DNA of 64,000 nucleotides from Takakia lepidozioides (Eukaryota > Plantae > Bryophyta), in assembly GCA_030704615.1 (NCBI GenBank), contig CM060732.1:64170001-64234000 (forward strand), read 5' to 3'. Positions 56,683 to 64,000 of the stretch are shown one piece after another. Below the pieces are notes generated by a model. That model had not been told where the DNA came from, did no database searches, and worked only from the letters and a program-made list of their open reading frames with translations. Position numbers and translations under genes: made by a program. Each line of letters begins with the position of its first letter. The first letter of the stretch is position 1.

Positions 56683-58732
56683 TCATCTTCCCGATTTCTT
56701 TGCTTGATAGCCCAACTTCACTAACTCCTCCACCAACTTTGCTGAATGGTCACCCTACACAGTGCATCAGGGTTGATTCATCTGACATTTGCCTTCAATA
56801 GATCAATACATAGGAAGTCCATCCAAGCAGCCATTAGCACTAGTCCTTTACTACAAGAAATGGAAAAGAAAGGGGAGACTGCCAATGGTCAGGACCAGCC
56901 TACTTGTTAGACCCTTCTCAATCAACTGGGGTATCTGTTCAGCACTTTTGTAGCACTCATTATGCCACCAGTGAAATTACACAGCCATGAGTACCCATAT
57001 TGTGAGGTAATCAGGGTATACACAATCAGGAGAGTTCACTCAAGTACTGGCTAGTCTGGTTTGCTGGACTCTTGACCTAATGATATGTTCCACTGGGTGC
57101 AGGAAAAGCTTTCATCCAGCAAACAATTCATCTACACCCAAAGCTTACCTGTATTTCAATTTTACCCTCCTTAACAGCCCCACCCGTGCCAATTTTCACC
57201 TTCAAGTTTTTACAAAGAGCATCCAGCGATCCTTGTTGCAGCTGCAGTCCTTTGATGACTGTCACAGTTTTGCCCCCTCTTCCTCGTTTGGTGGCCTCAA
57301 CAATGGGCTTTTGCTGCTCCGGTGCTACGTCTATTCGAGACTGGAATACATACCCCACATAGACCCAATGAGAAATGTTAGCATCGGAGTCAATATTAGC
57401 CCTGGACTGTTAAGTCAGGTAAACTCTCTGCATTTAATTGCAGTCCAGTCAGGCCTCCCACTGGTATGGTCAGGTTTTGTCATTCACCGTGACACAAAAA
57501 ACATAGCCTTACCATTATGACACACTGTCTGAAATGGAAGGGCTTGGTGCACAATTGTCTGATTGAATGACAAATACTGGTCAACAACCCAATTTGCAGG
57601 AACTCCATTGCAGAGGAAACCAATTACCAGCATGGCAAACCTCAGCAAGAAGGGGTTGTGAGAGGGTCTATTTTTTTAGGTGCAGGACAAACCTGCTGGG
57701 ATGTTTTCTCAAGAGCTAGACCTCCTCAATCTTGCTTGAGACTACATCAGAAAAGTCAGAGACCACCAGTTCTTCTTCCTGAATGAGGGGAGAGAGAGCT
57801 GATCTCAGTGCTTGCACTTAGGGCTGCCCCGAATATGAAAGAATCAGACTCAGATGCTCACATCCTTGACGCAATTTTTTTCCCGTATGGCCCCTCTCGC
57901 TTTTCGACGTCAGAGGCATGAGTGAGGATTGCCCTAGCTCTCATAGAGCCGGCACTGTCCGCTTTGTGGGGTCAGGTGCCACTCTAGCTGCTCACACGGA
58001 TTTTACGTGGACGTGACGAGGTATTGCAGCTACCAACAGTATGACGGGGAGAGAGAGACAGAGAGACAGAAGTTGCCATCCTCGAAACCTGAACTTCTAC
58101 CGAATTCGAAACGGTATGGCTGGAATCATAATTTGTGCAGCTCAGCCTCTTCTCTTTGCCCTCGTCTAGTTAAAGGTCGCCACAACAAACTCGAGATACA
58201 GATGGACAAGGTTTTGGCTTTTGCTGCTGGAAATTTCACGCCAGCCGCAGATCCCTGCTGGGCAACGAGCTCTTGTAAGTAGCTTTAATCTACCCACTAA
58301 TTTGTTGGGTATGTCATGGGGATATACGGTTGAAGTTGAGACTCAGTTGAGATACCTTGCAAGGCAATTGTTGCAGTTCATTCAATCATACTGGAATCCC
58401 AAACTTACAAGAGGAGTGCGCGGGGGAGGAGTCGGCTTGGAAGGCTTCCGTTTCTTGGGCTCCAATGGCTGGCTGGTCCGCACCACCCGCACTTCATCCC
58501 ATCCCCCACGAGATGCTACTCCAATGTCTATGAAATTGGGTTCTCTCTCGCTCCGCGCGTACACCACCCCCCTCTGAAGCTTCCACCTGCCTACATTTCG
58601 ACCTCCATTCTCGAGCAAAGGCAAGAATGGAGCTGATGATTTAGCAAACGGGAGGGAGGACAGAGGCAGTTGTTGAGTAAGGGGTGTGGAGGCAGAGATG
58701 CAAGCGAGCTCAAGCCTGCACCTCAGCTTCAT
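56683..58732 (-). CDS. SUI1/eIF1-domain protein of the bacterial YciH type with an N-terminal transit-peptide-like extension (195 aa; exons 58732-58409, 57340-57149, 56754-56683)
   Basis: Phase-0 GT-AG introns; EATKRGRGGKTVTVIKGL..LKVKIGTGGAVKEGKIEIQ|GDHSAKLVEELVKLGYQAKKSGR*. Confidence 0.9.
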
Positions 58733-58959
58733 ACTGTGCCCCCTTCACCAACTCAGAGGGCTGCTGGACATGGCTGCTGGCTCACAATTCGGTTCATGAG
58801 GAGCGTGTGGGAGGGGATCATTATCCTTTCATGGCGTATAGGGAATTGAACCCCGGACCCACAGGTCAATGCAATTTTTTTAAATTATCGACCTAGATAA
58901 GCGCCTAAGTTACTATTTAGTACACACAAAAGAAGGGGGGTAGAGATAAGATAAAGTTT

Positions 58960-59105
58960 CTTTAACGTCCAGTTACAGAGCCTACTGCTCAACGCAGGCC
59001 ATCGAGGGCCCAATGGACGGTCTGAGAGGATTGAACCCAGGATCACCTAGGTTATGCACAGGCAAGGCACACACCCAACCACTCGCTACCTGCTCAAGAG
59101 AGAGA
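58960..59105 (-). mobile_element. tRNA-derived SINE-like element
   Basis: On minus: A-box-like TAGCGAGTGG and B-box GGTTCAATCC about 40 nt apart; no cloverleaf. Confidence 0.4.
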
Positions 59106-59289
59106 AAAAAAAAAAAGGTCTTTTGCGAAAAGAAGCATAAATTATGGTGTCTCCTGGACTAGCTACTCCTTCCTCCGTTGGAAGGTGGGCACTTCCAACG
59201 CCACAAAGCACTTTGGGATTTTCTCTTTGTTAAAATCGGCTCCTCACAAAGTAGATTGGCGCGCTTGGCCACGGCGGTGCAATCCACGC

Positions 59290-59530
59290 CCTGGTATGCG
59301 AGGGCGGTGCATTCCACTCGGTGGAATGCATTGCCATACCTTTTTTTTGTTGCACATGCTTTATGCCGGGAACACCCGAGTGGACGACATTCCTCGATAT
59401 TCGGGCATTCCCTCATGCGTAAAGCACGGGGAAGGCCCATGGTGTCGGGCATTCCTCAATATTCGGGCCTTCCCTCGGGGCAAGTGCCCTCGTATGGAGG
59501 AATGCCCTCCACATGGGGCCTTCCCCCATG
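59290..59530. repeat. Cluster of short direct/inverted repeats (CATTCCTC(G/A)ATATTCGGGC); probable DNA-transposon/MITE subterminal region
   Basis: The motif occurs at ~59388 and ~59450, with GGCATTCC/GGAATGCC variants around it. Confidence 0.45.
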
Positions 59531-60179
59531 CTATTATAATTAGTTAAATATACTTGCATGAGTCCAAGCTGTACTAGAGCAACATAATTCTTGATTACCC
59601 CGTTTTCACAATGCAAAGAAAAAAAAAAAAAAAAAAACTGAACCAATGTTGGAGAAGTATTCGTGGTCAGTTTTGGGTATGTGGTAAGGATATGTAAGAA
59701 CCATAGCCGTATGAAAGAACGTTATACCCAGACGCATAACCTACTGGGGTGGATATTGAGTTAAGGTTTTGCTCGTCGATAACAAACCAACCTAGTTTTC
59801 GCCGCTGTCATACAGCGTGCGATACCATTATTGAGGGGTTGCAAGCGGCGATGGAGCTCAGTAAGAGGGGGTTTGGCATCATGTGAGCACAGCGTGAGCA
59901 TGCTCACTGGAGCATGACATGAGTAAAACCCGCGGTCATAGGGGTTCAATGTTTTCAAACCGCGGTCATACTAGGAATTACATGTTTCTAGGCACGGTGC
60001 ATATATAGAGTACAAGTTGCAGCAAAACGATAAATTATCTTATCTATATATACATTCACGAACATTCAATACATTTCAAATTATTACTTGTAAGCCAGAA
60101 CGTCATGATGTATCCAGACGAAACTGTCGCTCCCTAAATTACTACTTTTAATTTTAATTTCTCAATGCGTTCTCACACC

Positions 60180-60331
60180 CAGCAGGAACCGCCGGTTCGG
60201 TTCTGCACCGATCCCCATTGGCAGGTTCCGGTTCCGAGTCAGGTTCTGCAGGAATGGGCCCGGTTCCGGTTAACTGGAACTTGAACCGGCGGTTAACCTG
60301 CGTCCCGGCGGGTAACCGCTTATCAGTGGTC
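60180..60331. mobile_element. hAT/MITE-like end with AACCGG/CCGGTT subterminal repeats, abutting a PPR fragment
   Basis: Dense ACCGG/CCGGTT repeats; junction with the PPR fragment at ~60331. Confidence 0.5.
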
Positions 60332-60420
60332 TGAACACCCTCTTCACCATACCCACATTGGGCATATCCTGCAATCATGATAGTCCAGGAGACCACATTT
60401 CGCTTGGCCATTTTGTCAGA
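60332..60420 (-). pseudogene. Isolated PPR motif fragment
   Basis: MAKRNVVSWTIMIAGYAQCGYGEEG. Confidence 0.7.
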
Positions 60421-60679
60421 AGGGCATCCTTAGTGCTCCCACCGAATTCCAATTCTGAATACAAGTTCAGGTATTGACAGTTTAAGGGGATAAAAAGAGG
60501 TACCGGTTCTTGAACCCTTGGTGGGCCCTTGGCATAACCCTAGATAGCTGGTGGCCCATGCTTCAGCGCCATGAGATCTTGGGTTCAATCTCCAGCTCCA
60601 TGAAAATTACACATTTCAAATCATGGTCGTCCACATACCACATTGCATAGTTGATGCTACCCATGTGTTGTATCCCGCT

Positions 60680-63600
60680 GCAAAAGAGTATTGACCTCGT
60701 TGAAACTCAGATTGGCCTGCTGGATGAAGTTGTCACGTTTGGGATCGCAAACCATCCTCTTCTAAAATATGAAATACAAATGTTTGCAGGATATGAATTT
60801 ACCTCTCTTGCCCAAACTAGTTGATAGCATATTCACAAAATCAGGACATGTGCAATTGGGGAAATTGGAAACCGTGATGTCGTAGGTCCTGTCATGAACA
60901 GCAGATGTGGAAGTGATGATTGTGAATACCCGACCATATCCTGGATCGGGTACTTCCGTGGTGCTTCCAACACGAGCTTGGAGCATTCTTGCGGACTCCA
61001 CTTTGCCAAAGTGTTCAGCGGTTGGAGGGAAACGCCGAACGAGCTTTCTATCTCGTTTGGTTGGCCACAAGTCAGGATTTGCCGGGGGGACCCGGGAGGA
61101 CGCAGAAATAGTAGCACATGCATGGAGTTGGGGTTGTCTCGCAAGGGAAAAACCTGCCTCCTCCAGCATTTCAATCTCCTGAAAGCTGAGATGTGTTCCC
61201 ACCTTCACGGGCCAAACGGTTGGAGGAGATGTCTTCATCACTACGGAAGGACGCACAGTTCCATGCACACATCTGGCACAATCATCTGTGCAGAACCAGA
61301 ACTTGTGGTTCTTGGCTTCTGGTTGACCGTATGGACGCATCAAGCCCGTGAAAGTCGGAGCAGGAGTTCGGGCACCACGTCTGGATATAGATGAAGTGCA
61401 CTTCTCGAAATTAGTTGCCCTGATCACTGTACATTTCACACGAGACCCTACACTTGTGCGTTCTATGTGCCAAATGTGGTCGGGGCATGCGGACTCAAGC
61501 ACATCAAGGGGGTTGTTTCTCTCCTGCACCATTTCAGTGGCACTGTTTGATGTTGGAGCTTGCCGTCGTGTTGGAGGTTCCTCCATAATGGAGGTTCCGG
61601 ACATGGAGCTGTCATGCTGGGGAACACGAGGCTTCGAGAAGTTATCACGGTCTGCCCTGTTGGAATCTGAATCCGAACCAGGTGGAGTGTTCAATTTCCT
61701 CTTACATGAGCCGAATCTCTCCTCCCCTTCAAGATGTGGAACTCTAGAAACAAGTGGCGTTCCCTGGGCATACATGCTCACCGTCCGTGCTATCTTGATT
61801 GGATCCCCAGATCTGTTTGCAGCACGCAACATCAACTCCCATTTGTCCGGACCCTTGCCACCAACCCCACCTCGTAAGAAATCACGGTATCGGGTTTGTT
61901 GTTGCAAGGCACGTATCAAATCATCTGTTGTTGCCACATACAAATCCCGACCTCGTTTCCCAGACTGCTGCAACCATGCGTTGTGCACAGTTTCTGCCAA
62001 ATTGCAAGATGACATGTCCGCCATTTCCTCAATGGACATGTTCTGCAAAGTGCAGAACCACACTTCAAAACAGTGAACAGAAAACAACATAAAGAAAGCG
62101 AGGACACAATAAAATGGAAAGCAAATGTATGAATAAAACAATAAATATAAGCCTCGTACCAATGGCATGGCTGCTCCCCACTGTCTATACCGGAAGTGCC
62201 AAAACGCCAGCCAATCTTCCAATGCTCTCATACTCTCAAGTGATGCAGCTCCAGAAGAGAACCACCAGACACGAATTGTCTGGAACAAAGTGTCTGCCTC
62301 CTTCATTGTTCTAGTATCTTTGTACTATTTGCACAATTTACGGTGCTGAGTCTGCATCTCTGGTTTGATGTCCGACTTTGTATATTTTTCCAGAGATTGT
62401 GTCCAATGGAATAGACATGTACGCTCTCTTCCTGGCATAGGCACTTTTGGGTCGCCCGATCCGAAGACAATACGAACAGCATTGAAATTTGCTTGAGTAC
62501 TATCCGCCATGAAACCTGCGAAATTTGGAGATGGCAGCCCATGACACGTATCAGGGAATTCCACATGAGCTTCTGGGATTCCGTATCCTCGGATTACATG
62601 TCACAAACTGCAATTGTCATAACTCGTTGGTACACTGGATCGTAGACATGACAAGCCATTGTCGTCCAATCCTTCACTCGTTTCACATGATCAAACATAA
62701 TAAAACAGTTCTGCAAGTCCCCAGTCTTTTGCATCCGCTTCACGAGGCTAACCCCACTGCCCTCCCCAACAGTCGACATTTTGAAAAGAAAAACTTTGAT
62801 GGCACCTTGACCTGGGAATACATTGTCCTGGATGTAATCGTACTTGCTCACTCGTTTCAATTCCAAAATGTTGCCTATGTAGCCTCTGATCCCAGAGCCC
62901 ATTCTCAATGCATTGATCTGATGCCGAATGTTCGATGAACTTAAAGTGGAGAAATGATCCATGACCAGGTCCAATGCTGCACCGTCAAGTTTAGTCCCCA
63001 CAGAATCCCCTTCACTCAAAATATGGCTTTCCAAGAAGGACTTGCTTGCGCCAAGAGCAATTGCAGATGTTGTTGCGGATGGGTTTCTCCCGAACTCCTG
63101 TTTAATCAACCTCGATACTGTCTCAACACTCTCCCTGTAATCCCCCTTCGAGACAGGATGGTTATGGAATCCGAAATGCACACAAGCTCTTGTCATTGTT
63201 TTCAAACGGTGGACAACATAGTACATTCTTGCTTCGCAGAGCACCAAGCATGATGGCACAAGTTTGCAGAATTTGCAGACGAAAGTGTTTGCCGGTGGAG
63301 GAGTAGTCCCAGGCTGAAATGGATTTTCTGCTAGACCCTCCCATTTGCTTTGATTATGAACCCCAGACTGAAGAAAGTGTCTGCAATTCAAATTATCACA
63401 CCTAAGGTGTCCATTGCAAACTGTCCTCCTGAAAACAAGCTTGTCATCATTCTGAATATTGGATGTTTTTGTTCTGCACCACGGGTGCCCGTCGTGTTTC
63501 TTGTCCATTCCATGCATCATGATTGTTACACCTCCAACTCGCGGAGGAGGAGGCAGCTCGAATAGGATATCGCCATCAAAAGTCTCCAGCAAGAACTTCA

Positions 63601-64000
63601 CAGGCACCTGCTTCAAAGATTCCCAATCAATTCCCCGCAACTCACTTTTGAATCCAGCCATTCCTCCCATCGCCCGCAATTTTGGAATGACACTACAAAT
63701 CTCTTCTTCATCAGCTTCTCCAACCACAGTAGGAAGGACTGGATTTGGAATTTCACTTATGTCATCATCGGAAGAATCCGAAAGCTCAACGATTGGAGTG
63801 GATGACGTCTGTTCTTTTTTCACCACCACCTCCCTCTTGTCTTCAACGACCGAAGCAGCAGTCTCGGGCGTCACATATGACCCAAGGGACTTTCGCCGAG
63901 GCTCTCCAAGTACTCTGTATCGACCAGGACGCACTCTCCACTAGCTGATATGAGCCGTCTCATCACGGTTTTGGAAAGAGTATTTCAACAACTTTCCTTT
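60680..64000 (-). mobile_element. Mutator-type (MULE) DDE transposase with WRKY/GCM-like zinc finger and SWIM finger; decayed
   Basis: DGHPW..CNGHLRC..CKFC..CEARMYY..HFGFHNHP; DDE: FIMFDH, FMADSTQA, CLFHW, LAETVH; SWIM YDITVSNFPNCTCPDF..CKHLYFI. Stops at 62594, 62325 and 60762; frameshift near 62540; in-frame intron 62043-62159. Confidence 0.8.

Noticed and set aside
58840-60600. tRNA genes suggested by GGTTC(A/G)A motifs
   Set aside because: No acceptor or anticodon stems could be folded; treated as SINE-like remnants.

Overview
Eukaryotic land-plant nuclear DNA, probably bryophyte-grade (inferred from a PLS-DYW PPR gene, spliceosomal introns and the TE types). The left ~39 kb is a nested transposon and pseudogene field. 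(1) Two diverged, decayed copies (1-~5600 and 34796-37900, both minus strand) of a Ty3/Gypsy retrotransposon whose single polyprotein reads Gag-(CCHC)-protease-C5 cytosine DNA methyltransferase-RT. (2) A G-type lectin fragment and a hAT remnant. (3) A ~6 kb tandem array of decayed PLS-PPR repeats joined in frame to OSB-type 'PDF' ssDNA-binding motifs. (4) A decayed CACTA element, inserted into the second DNMT-Gypsy copy, that hosts in one of its introns a young 13.4 kb non-chromovirus Ty3/Gypsy element (GTTCC TSD, near-identical LTRs, extra 5' and 3' ORFs). The right part holds three host genes: a multi-exon gene with a CKAP2-like motif (+), an intronless 993-aa PPR-DYW RNA-editing factor (-) and a three-exon, probably plastid-targeted SUI1/YciH gene (-). 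SINE/MITE remnants and a decayed Mutator-type SWIM transposase follow. Most notable: the methyltransferase-carrying retrotransposon family in a land plant, and the PDF-PPR fusion architecture. All calls come from reading motifs by eye; no searches were run.
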